From: a virus
Virus record (IMG/VR): IMGVR_UViG_3300032235_000911
Location: 31,645-95,644 of that record
Direction: 5' to 3' (one strand)
Length of the DNA stretch: 64,000 nucleotides
The position numbers and the translations under genes are program-made. Positions 41,660-50,551 of the stretch are shown here, in pieces. The notes under the pieces are model-generated. The model ran no database searches. It saw only the letters and a program-made list of their open reading frames with translations, and was not told the DNA's origin. Within the stretch, counting starts at the first letter, position 1, and each line of letters opens with the position of its first letter.

Positions 41660-42216
41660 TACGCTGCCGCCTTTTTATTGTGCTTTGTAACAAAATCATT
41701 CATTGCAATAGAGCCGGCTACAGCAGCATTAAGACTACGGACAGATCCAAACTGAGGAATAAATACGAAATGATCGCATAAAGCAAGCGTTTCGGGTGTA
41801 ATCCCCACCCCTTCTTCACCAAGAATAAGAAGAGGATTCCGAGGCCATTCGAAATCATGAAGAGCAACAGAGGCAGGCACAGTATTTTCAAGAGCAACAA
41901 AGGTGTAGGTATCCTTTAGCTTTAGTAGCTCGTCACGATTCTTTAATCTTTTTACATCAGTGTAGTGATGTGTTCCTACTGTCCCTCGTCGATCCCATTG
42001 TTTGCTTCCAAGAAAAAATACCTCCCGCCCGTTAAACGCATTTGTGCTGCGGATGACAGACGAGAGGTTAAAATCACCTTGAAAATTTTCCATGAGTACG
42101 GCATATGGAAAGGCCTTTGATTGCAAATCTTGTCGAATTAATTCAGTTGTCCACTTAATTAGTCGGTCATTTTTATATGAATCAATGATGTTTCGGTTAT
42201 CAACTGTATTTTCCAT
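41659..42216 (-). CDS. TrmH/SpoU-family RNA 2'-O-methyltransferase
   Basis: NLSSVIRS, LILGEEGVGI, IPQFG..RSLNAAVA SPOUT motifs. Confidence 0.9.
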   Translation of the reverse strand: MENTVDNRNIIDSYKNDRLIKWTTELIRQDLQSKAFPYAVLMENFQGDFNLSSVIRSTNAFNGREVFFLGSKQWDRRGTVGTHHYTDVKRLKNRDELLKLKDTYTFVALENTVPASVALHDFEWPRNPLLILGEEGVGITPETLALCDHFVFIPQFGSVRSLNAAVAGSIAMNDFVTKHNKKAAA

Positions 42217-42227
42217 ATGCCCTCCTT

Positions 42228-42443
42228 TTAGGACTCAAAACATTCGTCGATTACAGCAAGCGTATCGTATTTTGGATCCCACTTTTTATCCTGCCATGTA
42301 TTCATCATCTTGCGCCAAGTGTGAATTGGAATATGAATTTCATCGTTTCCGTGGCGTAGAAGAATAAAACTTTGACCAGCAATCATCTCCTCGTAACCAG
42401 AAGTCTTTGCCGCTTCGTCGTAGAACCAATTTAGTTTTGACAT
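42228..42443 (-). CDS. hypothetical protein
   Basis: 71 aa, GGAGG RBS, upstream TTGACC-17-TACATT promoter. Confidence 0.7.
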   Translation of the reverse strand: MSKLNWFYDEAAKTSGYEEMIAGQSFILLRHGNDEIHIPIHTWRKMMNTWQDKKWDPKYDTLAVIDECFES

Positions 42444-42514
42444 TTGCCCTCCAAGGCAATAAAAAACCCTACAAGAGGCAATGTACCACTTGTAGGGAGT
42501 TAGGTCAAGGTGTT

Positions 42515-43072
42515 TTAAATAACTGTATCTGTTTCGCTTGTGTAGTAATCTTTAATCTCTTGTAGCTTGTTGCATAGTAAGCCAAACAAACCTTCTTCTG
42601 TTTCATTTATAAACAGAGTGTAACCTACCCTTCTTGCTGTCTCTACAAATACTCCACTTTGTCCTGATATTGTCTTTACTCCGTTAACTTCCCCATCGTA
42701 CTCAAAGGCTGGGCCTTCTAGATTAATAAGAATATTGCTCCGCGGGAAATTTAGTATAATCGCATAATCTCCATACTTATGGGCGCGCTCGACAGCGTTT
42801 TCATGTCCAGTTTGGAACTTATTTTCAGAACATCCAACAATTTTTCCATTATAACAAAGCCAACCACCATCTGGTTCAATTTGAGTTGGCTTTCCTGCCT
42901 TCGTCCTTGACGTTGTTGCCGTGCCGTACAAATCTTCTGTTGTAATGTACGGCTTTAGCGTAAACTCTGGGAATTCTGACACTGCTTTTTTTAAAGCACG
43001 AATAAAGATTTTTTCTGATTCCTCAGAATTATCGGTGATTGCTGCACGGCCTTTATTTTTTTGCATTGTCAT
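42515..43072 (-). CDS. EcoRI-like PD-(D/E)XK restriction endonuclease
   Basis: IEPDGG..SENKFQ..NAVERAHK parallels EcoRI IKPDGG..EAKHQ..NAIERSHK; directly downstream of an MTase. Confidence 0.6.
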   Translation of the reverse strand: MTMQKNKGRAAITDNSEESEKIFIRALKKAVSEFPEFTLKPYITTEDLYGTATTSRTKAGKPTQIEPDGGWLCYNGKIVGCSENKFQTGHENAVERAHKYGDYAIILNFPRSNILINLEGPAFEYDGEVNGVKTISGQSGVFVETARRVGYTLFINETEEGLFGLLCNKLQEIKDYYTSETDTVI

Positions 43073-43073
43073 G

Positions 43074-43940
43074 TTATCTCCCTATGATAAGAAACTCTTT
43101 TGCCTTCTTGGCTTCAAAGCCAGTGGCTGTTTTTTTTCTTCTGCCAGCAGTATACGTCACATCATAGGTCTTGACAAGCATGTTATATTGCTTCTCGATA
43201 AGATAGTTTTCAAAAAACTGATCTCCCAAATCGCGATTCGTGATCCACGATTCTGCACCAGCAGATCTGCATGCTTCAGCAAAATCTACAACTTCCTTTT
43301 GCATATCATCATCAAAGTTTGTGGCATATTTTGTAAATCCGCCACGATATGGTGGATCCATGAAAACCCAGCTATTTGGTGTTACATGTGATAATACCTG
43401 TTTATAGTCACCGCAAAGTATTGTTGTATTTTGTAGAAGGTCGTGCCATTTTTTTACATTGTCTTTGTTATAAACTTCAGTAGTTTCATCCAGTAAGCCC
43501 GCTGGTGTTCCAAATCGATTGTTTGTATTTTTATTGATTTGCCAGATGCCATTGAAGCCCGTCTTCATCAAAAAATAAAGCACTGCACTTTCTTCTGTTT
43601 TTGTCCAATTTTTATAATCAAATGCATATTCTTTTCTTAGGTCAAAGTAAAACTTTTTTCTGTCTGCTTTTGATAGCGGCAGATACTGGTCTGATAACGT
43701 GTCTAGCTTATCTGTGAATGTCTGTAGATCGCTCTTTACGGATCGATATATGTCAATAATGTATTCATTTACATCATTAATGACAAATTTAGCTTTTGGA
43801 TTTATCTGTGCTGCTTTTAGGAAAACTGCTCCCCCGCCAAAAAACGGCTCAATGTATGTGTCAAAAGAGGCAGGTAACTCATCCTTGTAGTGCTTTAGCA
43901 TTTTATTTTTACCGCCAGCCCACATAAATAATGGTTTCAT
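43074..43940 (-). CDS. DNA adenine methyltransferase, Dam/D12 class
   Basis: WAGGK, YIEPFFGGGAV, INDVN, FMDPPY. Confidence 0.92.
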   Translation of the reverse strand: MKPLFMWAGGKNKMLKHYKDELPASFDTYIEPFFGGGAVFLKAAQINPKAKFVINDVNEYIIDIYRSVKSDLQTFTDKLDTLSDQYLPLSKADRKKFYFDLRKEYAFDYKNWTKTEESAVLYFLMKTGFNGIWQINKNTNNRFGTPAGLLDETTEVYNKDNVKKWHDLLQNTTILCGDYKQVLSHVTPNSWVFMDPPYRGGFTKYATNFDDDMQKEVVDFAEACRSAGAESWITNRDLGDQFFENYLIEKQYNMLVKTYDVTYTAGRRKKTATGFEAKKAKEFLIIGR

Positions 43941-43966
43941 AAAAGCTCCTTTTATCTAGAAACGTA

Positions 43967-43999
43967 ACACATCCTACGCCTGTTTATATTTCTTGTCAA
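43967..43999 (-). promoter_or_regulatory. sigma70-type promoter of the MTase-REase pair
   Basis: TTGACA-17-TAGGAT on minus strand. Confidence 0.65.
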
Positions 44000-44602
44000 C
44001 TAGGCTAAAATTTCGTCAACCATTCCGTACTTTAGGCAAGTCTTTGCGTCAAACCACAGATCCCGCTTGAGCATTTCTTTGATTGTTTTCTCTGGGATTT
44101 TTGTGTGTTCCCGATAGATTCCGTAAATTGTTTCCATAAACAATGTGCTGTTCTTGAAGTCATCTACCATATCTTCGTACTTGCCCCAAACACCACCACT
44201 TAGTTGGTGAATTAGCATGTATCCATGCTTATTAATGTAACGCTTGCCGGTTGCAACAACGCTCATTAGCGTAGCAGCAGAAGCCGCAGATCCGTCTACA
44301 ATCGTATTTACAGGCACTTTGCAACTCCGAATGTAGTCAACGGCGGCAAAGCCGTCAAGAAGGCTTCCGCCTGGACTGTTGATGTGTAGTTTGATTGGTG
44401 GCGGTGGAATTTCATGGGTAGCACCCAGCGTGATTTGTTTGACTGCAATGTCCCGCAGCATTTTATTTAGTGATAATACGCTGTCTTTTGTTACTTCTGA
44501 GTAGAAAAGAATACGGCTTCCGCTGCTTTCAACACAGCAGCCGTCTTCGTCTTCTTCAACTTTCAGTGGCTTATTGCCCGGATTTTTTCCTAATGTAAAC
44601 AT
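44000..44602 (-). CDS. ClpP-like serine protease
   Basis: INSPGG, GSAASAA (Ser), LIHQ (His), RDLWF (Asp); AGGAG RBS; TTGAAA-17-TATCAT promoter upstream. Confidence 0.9.
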   Translation of the reverse strand: MFTLGKNPGNKPLKVEEDEDGCCVESSGSRILFYSEVTKDSVLSLNKMLRDIAVKQITLGATHEIPPPPIKLHINSPGGSLLDGFAAVDYIRSCKVPVNTIVDGSAASAATLMSVVATGKRYINKHGYMLIHQLSGGVWGKYEDMVDDFKNSTLFMETIYGIYREHTKIPEKTIKEMLKRDLWFDAKTCLKYGMVDEILA

Positions 44603-44651
44603 TTTGTTCTCCTTTACAAGAATGATAGCACAAGTCCAAATAGATTTCAAT

Positions 44652-44680
44652 AAAAAACCCTGCCTTTTTAGGGGCAGGGT
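44652..44680 (-). terminator. intrinsic terminator
   Basis: ACCCTGCC/GGCAGGGT stem followed by a T-run on the minus strand. Confidence 0.7.
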
Positions 44681-44704
44681 CAGGAGGAGGGAGAATGAAA
44701 AAAG

Positions 44705-44947
44705 TTAGTTCTTTACTACTTCTTGCTCGGTCGAACCTTGTGAGAGTCCAAGGCGCTCGGCTAGTTGCGCATTTACTGCTACTAGCTTTGGAATATCACG
44801 GAGGAGGTTTGCAATATCCATAAGTGCTGCTACTGCATTGCTTACAACTTGATTGACTTGTGCTACTTGTTGTTCTGCGGGAGTGAGAGGACGAGCATCG
44901 GCGGGAGTCTTGGCTTCGCCGTTTAGTACGCTTAGTGTTTCAGACAT
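44705..44947 (-). CDS. hypothetical protein
   Basis: 80 aa ORF with RBS and downstream terminator. Confidence 0.7.
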   Translation of the reverse strand: MSETLSVLNGEAKTPADARPLTPAEQQVAQVNQVVSNAVAALMDIANLLRDIPKLVAVNAQLAERLGLSQGSTEQEVVKN

Positions 44948-45041
44948 TTTATTTCCCTTTCGTTAAGTTTTTAGAGTGCAAATCTCTTGCGCTCCACTAT
45001 TTATTTAAAATACCTATATTTTATTGCTATACTAGCAAAGT

Positions 45042-45119
45042 TGGTGGAGCGCCCGAGTACCGCCCTCGGCTGATTTCTGCTTGCAAAGCAGACGAACACA
45101 CTATGCATTCCCGCGCCCC
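45042..45119 (-). tRNA. atypical tRNA-Ala(UGC)
   Basis: cloverleaf: GGGGCGC/GCGCTCC acceptor with G3:U70, A73, encoded CCA; anticodon loop TTTGCAA; T-loop GGCGGTA is non-canonical. Confidence 0.7.
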
Positions 45120-45136
45120 TCGCGGAGGAGATAACG

Positions 45137-45673
45137 ATGAAGACTATAACACAGAACTGTCAAAATTGTAACACTTTTTTTCAAGCACAACTTCGTGAAG
45201 TAAATAGAGGCAATGCTAAATATTGCTCAAAAAAATGTAGTGCCACTGGCGTAAAAAAGAAACTTTTACAAAAAGGAGTTGCCAGCAGAGAACATAACGT
45301 AGAATGTGCTTACTGCAAGAAAACATTCTACAAAAATGAATCAAAAATAAAAAATTCAAAAACAAATACACATTTTTGCTGTAGAGAACATAAAGATATC
45401 GGTCAAAGAATTGAGACTGGCATAAAACAAATCCAACCCAGCCACTACGGCGAAACATATACAGACTATCGCGCTCTTATTTTTCGCCATAAAGAGCATA
45501 AATGCGAACGCTGCAACTACGATAAACACCCAGAAGTTTTAGAAGTCCACCACAAAGACAGAAACCGTGAAAATAATACTGTTGAAAACTTAGAAGTTAT
45601 TTGCCCCAATTGCCATATGACTGAGCATTTCTTAAGTAAAGACGGCAAGTGGAAACTAAAACTAATAAAATAA
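45137..45673 (+). CDS. HNH homing endonuclease inserted in the tRNA cluster
   Basis: CERC..LEVHHKDRNRENNTVENL..CPNCH; Cys-rich N-terminus; GGAGGAG RBS; opposite strand to neighbours. Confidence 0.9.
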   Translation: MKTITQNCQNCNTFFQAQLREVNRGNAKYCSKKCSATGVKKKLLQKGVASREHNVECAYCKKTFYKNESKIKNSKTNTHFCCREHKDIGQRIETGIKQIQPSHYGETYTDYRALIFRHKEHKCERCNYDKHPEVLEVHHKDRNRENNTVENLEVICPNCHMTEHFLSKDGKWKLKLIK

Positions 45674-45675
45674 AG

Positions 45676-45760
45676 TGGAAAAAGAAAGATTCGAACTTTC
45701 GGAACCTTGCGGTTCGGCTATTTAGTAGATAGCTGCCTTCGACCACTCGGCCATTTTTCC
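45676..45760 (-). tRNA. tRNA-Ser(ACU), class II
   Basis: GGAAAAA/TTTTTCC acceptor, GCTAT-CTACTAA-ATAGC anticodon arm, long variable arm, TTCGAAT T-loop; CCA not encoded. Confidence 0.85.
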
Positions 45761-45761
45761 A

Positions 45762-45920
45762 TTATTCATAAATTGCTTGTGACGGTTTCTCTGGGCGTTG
45801 GGGACAGAAGTTGCATCGTATATCATCACACTTCTCTTCGGTCCAGACATCACATATTTGGCAAAACATTGCATCGTAATACTGATTACGATTTAGATTT
45901 TCTTTATGTTCTTCGTGCAT
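45762..45920 (-). CDS. small Cys-rich protein
   Basis: MHEEHK..CQICD..KCDDIRCNFC; GAGG RBS. Confidence 0.6.
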   Translation of the reverse strand: MHEEHKENLNRNQYYDAMFCQICDVWTEEKCDDIRCNFCPQRPEKPSQAIYE

Positions 45921-45936
45921 AAAGGCCTCTATAAAA

Positions 45937-46013
45937 TGGTCGGAGTAGAAGGATTTGAACCTACGACCCTCTGGTCCCAAACCAGATGCTCTACCAGACT
46001 GAGCCATACTCCG
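45937..46013 (-). tRNA. tRNA-Pro(UGG)
   Basis: canonical cloverleaf, anticodon loop TTTGGGA, CCA encoded. Confidence 0.95.
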
Positions 46014-46016
46014 AGA

Positions 46017-46091
46017 TGGAGCGAGTGGACGGATTTGAACCGACGACATCTAGTTTGGAAGACTAGAGTTCTACCCCTGAACTACACTCGC
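46017..46091 (-). tRNA. tRNA-Gly(UCC)
   Basis: canonical cloverleaf, loop CTTCCAA, U73, CCA encoded. Confidence 0.95.
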
Positions 46092-46117
46092 GCTAAAACT
46101 AAACTTTTAAAGAACAT

Positions 46118-46193
46118 TGGAGCCTCCTACCCGACTTGAACGGGTCACATCCTGATTACAAAACAGGTGCTCTGCCAGATGAGCTAAGGAGGC
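46118..46193 (-). tRNA. tRNA-Thr(UGU)
   Basis: cloverleaf, loop TTTGTAA, CCA encoded. Confidence 0.92.
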
Positions 46194-46618
46194 ACTAAAC
46201 TTTTTCCTTTGCCACTACGCAACTCTTTGCGACGAATTGCTACATGATCCATTATATATCTATAAATATAGAACTTTTTAGTTACCTTTGAAAAGTCGTC
46301 AAGGTTCATCCCCAATAATGCTGCCCCTTCACTTGGCGTTTGGGTTATTGAGATTGCAGCCTTGACGACCGCATCACGAACTATTTTACCAATTTGGCCC
46401 CATGATAATAATCCAAACAATGGGGCACGCAAAGAACGAGTTGTTAGTTCTAATTTTATAGCAATAAGATCTTCAAGTGGCATATTAGCTATAAATATTT
46501 CTGTTATTTCGTCTATCTTACCACCGGCTCTGTATTCTTTCAAGAAACTTCGGTAGCGTTTTGTTTTTTCTATTAAATATTTATCTTCTTCTGCTGGTTG
46601 TCTACTTTTGTGTTCCAT
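46184..46618 (-). CDS. hypothetical protein with a possible Fis-type HTH
   Basis: VVKAAISIT..SEGAALLGMN. Confidence 0.55.
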   Translation of the reverse strand: MEHKSRQPAEEDKYLIEKTKRYRSFLKEYRAGGKIDEITEIFIANMPLEDLIAIKLELTTRSLRAPLFGLLSWGQIGKIVRDAVVKAAISITQTPSEGAALLGMNLDDFSKVTKKFYIYRYIMDHVAIRRKELRSGKGKSLVPP

Positions 46619-46883
46619 CTTTTACTGTTCCAAGTATACCGTATCCAGCAATATCCCGCCAAGGACTTTCTCCAAAAGCGTCTTTTTTGTTTGCAATGCG
46701 GAAAAGTTTATCAATAACACGAATAACTGCCAAGGCATCGCTATATTGATGTGGCAGTATTCCGTTTGGATACAGTGCTTCTAGTATTTTGTGACTTTCC
46801 GCAAAAGAACTACCATAAGCAGCGTTCTTTTCGGCTACAAGTTGACCAATCTCTTCTGCTGTTTGCTCATAAACTGTTTTCAT
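46602..46883 (-). CDS. nucleotide-modification-associated (DUF1599/Nmad1-like) protein
   Basis: KNAAYGSSF..RVIDKLFRI..WRDIAGYGIL. Confidence 0.7.
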   Translation of the reverse strand: MKTVYEQTAEEIGQLVAEKNAAYGSSFAESHKILEALYPNGILPHQYSDALAVIRVIDKLFRIANKKDAFGESPWRDIAGYGILGTVKDGTQK

Positions 46884-46913
46884 AAGGGCAGTATACAGCA
46901 GAAGAGAAAGGGA

Positions 46914-47162
46914 TTAAACTGATTTCTTTTTCTTACCTGTTGGTGCTGGTATTTCCACAACTTCTTCAGCAACAATAAGTTCGGGCTGAAGATCTGCTAC
47001 CACTTCTGGTACAGTCTCTACCGCTGCCTCAACTACTGGTTCTGGAACTACAACTGGCTCTACCTTTTTTACTTCTTCTTTCTTCTCTTCTTGAACTACA
47101 GATTTAGCTTTTTCTACTGCTAAACTGATTCTATAAAGTTGTTTACGTTTTGAAGGGTTCAT
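46914..47162 (-). CDS. hypothetical low-complexity (Glu/Val/Pro) protein
   Basis: 82 aa ORF with AAGGA RBS. Confidence 0.65.
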   Translation of the reverse strand: MNPSKRKQLYRISLAVEKAKSVVQEEKKEEVKKVEPVVVPEPVVEAAVETVPEVVADLQPELIVAEEVVEIPAPTGKKKKSV

Positions 47163-47177
47163 ATTTCTGTTTCCTTT

Positions 47178-48221
47178 TTAGATTGCCTTACTGATATTTG
47201 CTTCACCACCTGATGTTGCCGGTGGTGTACCTGGCGCGGTAGCTTTTGTTGCCTTATCGTTCAGTTCAGTTTCAAACGCTTGACCAGTTAGTTTGATTGA
47301 TTGAACAAGATTTTGAATAAATGGAACGCGATCTTCGGGGTCAAGTTTATTTACGAATGGTGCGATCATACCAGCAAAGGTTGGACCGTCTTCGTCATAG
47401 GCTGCAATCGCCCCAGCGCGACCTTTACCACTATCTGCAACGCCTTGCAAGCTTGTACTTGCCTGTTGCGAAAGAGCATTGATCATTTGTTTATTTTGCT
47501 CTTCTGGATCAACTGGCTCGGCTGGTGCGCCGTCTGCCATTTCACCGTCCTGTTCCTCTAACGCGGCTGCATCGCTTGGCAGAACAGGTTGTGAGCCTAC
47601 TGGAGGCGCTGCGTTTACTGGCTCTTGCTCGGTTGGTTGAACAACCTGCTCTCCAGAAAGTTGGCGCTCAAGACCACCAAGAACACTCTCCATATATTTA
47701 CCAAGAACTGCAACATACTTATTACGATTTTCTGGCTTGTCGGGCATGGACATAAATGTTTTCTTGTAGCCAGTAAAGATTTTATCCATTGCATCGCGGG
47801 TAAAGTTATCAACGGTTGTTGGTAACATTGGCTTTTCAGCTTTTTCTGCTAAAAGTGAACGGATAACCTTGCGTAACTTTTGTTCCTGTAGGTATTCGCG
47901 ACCTTTGTTTTCATAAAACTCAAGTTTAGAAAGAAAAATAACCTTACGGATTGCTTCACGGAGCATGCGCTCGCCTTCGGAAACATGCGCTAACTTATAT
48001 TTGGCACGCTTCTTGCCGCCGTCCTTTGGTTTTATTGCGGCACCGACACCTTGTACTGCCATTGATGCATTCATTTCATTGATTCCTTCGTTTTCTTCTT
48101 TATGTTTAAAATATTGAACTTCCCGCTCGTGTTTTTCCGCTGCTGCTTTTGTATCAAAAGTGCCTAAATTTTTTCCCTTACCGGAATAAAGACGAAACTT
48201 ATTTCCAAGTGGACGGATCAT
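47178..48221 (-). CDS. hypothetical protein, possibly internal virion protein
   Basis: 347 aa; GKNLGTFDTKAAAEKHE and repeated LRxxIRxxI/L motifs. Confidence 0.6.
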   Translation of the reverse strand: MIRPLGNKFRLYSGKGKNLGTFDTKAAAEKHEREVQYFKHKEENEGINEMNASMAVQGVGAAIKPKDGGKKRAKYKLAHVSEGERMLREAIRKVIFLSKLEFYENKGREYLQEQKLRKVIRSLLAEKAEKPMLPTTVDNFTRDAMDKIFTGYKKTFMSMPDKPENRNKYVAVLGKYMESVLGGLERQLSGEQVVQPTEQEPVNAAPPVGSQPVLPSDAAALEEQDGEMADGAPAEPVDPEEQNKQMINALSQQASTSLQGVADSGKGRAGAIAAYDEDGPTFAGMIAPFVNKLDPEDRVPFIQNLVQSIKLTGQAFETELNDKATKATAPGTPPATSGGEANISKAI

Positions 48222-48781
48222 TACTTCTTGATCCCAAATTTTTTAAGAAGATCTTGATAAATAAGTTCTTCGCGGTCGTTATAAACAGCAGGACGCTCGC
48301 TTGGTACATAAGCATGTGCCTCTTTTAGAGCCGGATTGACAACAACTTCTTCTTTTGTTTGTTCTTTTTTGTCGCTCATTTTTTTATATCCTTTTTTGTA
48401 GGCTTCCCATTCACGAAATGCAATATTTCCACGCTCAAAAGCATCGGCTTCGATACCCTTGAGGAACTCATCGTCCATTATATAGTTTGGATCTTCGGCA
48501 GCCGAGGTATCATGGCCTTCAAAACCGCCTTCGTGCCACTGAACATGGTGTAGTAGTTCGTGGGCAAGCGAGCGTAGGATGTCTTTTGGGTGGCGATTGG
48601 TTACATAAATAACCAGCTCTTGGCTATTGTGGTCATAGTGACCAGTAAAACCAAGAATATTATTGCCATTTTTTTTACTTTTTGCAAAAGTTATATGTGG
48701 TTGGCTATCGTAGCCAAACTTTTTTTGCATAAAGTGGCAGAGATCATCGACCAGTTCGTAAAATTCGTTGTTTAGTGCCAT
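48221..48781 (-). CDS. HExxH metallopeptidase-like protein
   Basis: DILRSLAHELLHHVQ..EADAF. Confidence 0.65.
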   Translation of the reverse strand: MALNNEFYELVDDLCHFMQKKFGYDSQPHITFAKSKKNGNNILGFTGHYDHNSQELVIYVTNRHPKDILRSLAHELLHHVQWHEGGFEGHDTSAAEDPNYIMDDEFLKGIEADAFERGNIAFREWEAYKKGYKKMSDKKEQTKEEVVVNPALKEAHAYVPSERPAVYNDREELIYQDLLKKFGIKK

Positions 48782-48831
48782 AAAAAAACTACCTACGCTA
48801 AGAGTTATCTTAACATAAGTAGTCTATATGT

Positions 48832-48963
48832 TTAATAAATATCAATAATTACGACAGTTTCTTGTTCCTGCTGCTGTGCTTCCTGTTTTTGAAGCCACCT
48901 TTCGTACTCTAACCGGTAGTCTGGTAGTTCTAACTGTAGTTGTTGCGGAGATTCCTGCTGCAT
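48832..48963 (-). CDS. small Gln/Glu-rich protein (43 aa, not in ORF track)
   Basis: MQQESPQQLQLELPDY..VVIIDIY; AGGAGG RBS and late-type motif upstream. Confidence 0.65.
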   Translation of the reverse strand: MQQESPQQLQLELPDYRLEYERWLQKQEAQQQEQETVVIIDIY

Positions 48964-48989
48964 GGCATTGCCTCCTATATAGTAATTAG

Positions 48990-49172
48990 TTAGGCAATAG
49001 GTATCCAGGCGTAAAATTTATCCTCACCCATCTTAGTAATGAATTGGGCAACAAAATTTTCTTCGCATTCCATAAAAAGACGGGCAATAACTTCGTGCTT
49101 TGCTGCTTCGCTACCCATTTTTAATACCTTGACAGTATAAAAAGCACTGCTTAGTTCCTTTGCTTCTATCAT
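48990..49172 (-). CDS. hypothetical protein
   Basis: 60 aa; GGAG RBS; ATGA overlap. Confidence 0.6.
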   Translation of the reverse strand: MIEAKELSSAFYTVKVLKMGSEAAKHEVIARLFMECEENFVAQFITKMGEDKFYAWIPIA

Positions 49173-49756
49173 TTTTTATCTCCATATGGATCAAACGGGT
49201 GGTTGAAATCAAAAGCAACAGCGTCAGCCTCACCGGCAAGATTTTCAAACGCAGCAATGGTACGCAGGACATCAACGAGTGCTGTGTGACTACGCCCAAG
49301 GCCCTCGATTTTATAATATTCGCAAAGGGCATCAAGTGAACTACGGTTTAGTTTGCCGTCTGACACAAGTTGATCGCCCATGTGCTTTGTATCAAAATAC
49401 TTTTTCCATTTTGGACGACCAAAATAAACATCGTCAAAACTTTTATTGATAAAACGGTAATCAAAAACAGCATTTTGTCCAACAATATAATCACAGTTTT
49501 CAAGCATGGGCAGCACAATGTGCGCTACTTGATCAAAAGTAGGCGCATGTTGCCACTCTAAATGGTCGTAGCCGTTGATTTTTAGGGCTACGGGCGAAGC
49601 CCGTTCGATGTATTTGGGTTTTATTTTGCTATTATACTGCTCAATGATAGTGCCTTTGTAGGGTTTAAAGTCTACGCGTACGCAAGCAATGTCAATAATC
49701 TCATGATCAAGCAGATCAAGACCAGTTGTTTCCGTATCAAAAAAAGTTAGTATCAA
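49169..49756 (-). CDS. DEDDh 3'-5' exonuclease (DNA polymerase III epsilon-like)
   Basis: FFDTETTG, QNAVFD, HTALVD; TTG start inferred from GGAG RBS and TTGA overlap. Confidence 0.88.
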   Translation of the reverse strand: MILTFFDTETTGLDLLDHEIIDIACVRVDFKPYKGTIIEQYNSKIKPKYIERASPVALKINGYDHLEWQHAPTFDQVAHIVLPMLENCDYIVGQNAVFDYRFINKSFDDVYFGRPKWKKYFDTKHMGDQLVSDGKLNRSSLDALCEYYKIEGLGRSHTALVDVLRTIAAFENLAGEADAVAFDFNHPFDPYGDKK

Positions 49757-50274
49757 AGTGTTGCTCCAAGCCAAAAACGCCATGACTCGGGCATCTTGGA
49801 ATCAAAGTTAAAAAAGTATTCTACGTCATGAATATACGGAAGTATAGCAGGTTTTACAACCGGCTTAAGTAGTTTCATGCCGCAAGTGGCAAGAGATTTG
49901 TCGCCTTTGCGTTGATTGCAGGCAACACAGCATGTAACAACATTGGTCCAACTTGTTTTGCCGCCACGAGTCTTTGGAAGAACGTGGTCAAGTGTAAAAA
50001 CATTGATAGAAACATGGTTGGCGCAGTATTGGCAACGGCCCTCGTCGCGAATCCAAACATTTTTACGGGAGAAGCGCACGCTTTTGACACGGTTGCGCCG
50101 GGAAGCGTTGAAAACAACAACAGAAGGGATGCGCATAGAGGTAGAAGGGCTGCGGATTTCTTCTGTATACTCAGAAAGAATTTTTACCTTGCCAGAATAG
50201 ACAAGCGTAACGGCTTTTTCCCAAGGGATAAGCCCAAGAGGTTCATAGGTGTGACTTAGTGTTAGTACTTTCAT
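49753..50274 (-). CDS. HNH endonuclease (McrA/HNH_5-like)
   Basis: RDEGRCQYC..TLDHVLPKTRGG..NVVTCCVACNQRK; TTGCCA-17-TATAGT promoter upstream. Confidence 0.9.
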   Translation of the reverse strand: MKVLTLSHTYEPLGLIPWEKAVTLVYSGKVKILSEYTEEIRSPSTSMRIPSVVVFNASRRNRVKSVRFSRKNVWIRDEGRCQYCANHVSINVFTLDHVLPKTRGGKTSWTNVVTCCVACNQRKGDKSLATCGMKLLKPVVKPAILPYIHDVEYFFNFDSKMPESWRFWLGATL

Positions 50275-50329
50275 GGTTGTTCCTCACAGTTATGGCCACT
50301 ATAGCCCATTGTGGGGACAGTGGCAAGCG

Positions 50330-50551
50330 TTACTTTATTACACCCTTGGCATCGGGATCAAAATCTTTATTGATATGCCCGCAGTTGGTGCATGCAAAAG
50401 TAGCAACAGGAACAACTATTTCTTTGCCGCTTGGCGAAAGCAGGGCGCTTATTTTTTTAATAAGTGCAACTTCACGGAAAGTACGACCGGCGCAACTTTC
50501 GCAGACAACAGAAACAGCATTTTGGAGATCAATATTATTAGAAGAGTTCAT
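50330..50551 (-). CDS. zinc-ribbon protein
   Basis: CESC..CTNCGH. Confidence 0.7.
   Translation of the reverse strand: MNSSNNIDLQNAVSVVCESCAGRTFREVALIKKISALLSPSGKEIVVPVATFACTNCGHINKDFDPDAKGVIK

Noticed and set aside
45042-45119. tmRNA, or tRNA-Cys(GCA)
   Set aside because: The 78-nt unit closes as a full cloverleaf with no tag ORF. The centred anticodon in TTTGCAA is TGC, and G3:U70 indicates Ala.
45762-46139. ORFs 45762-46049 (long form) and 45906-46139
   Set aside because: They overlap tRNA-Pro and tRNA-Gly; only 45762-45920 has an RBS.
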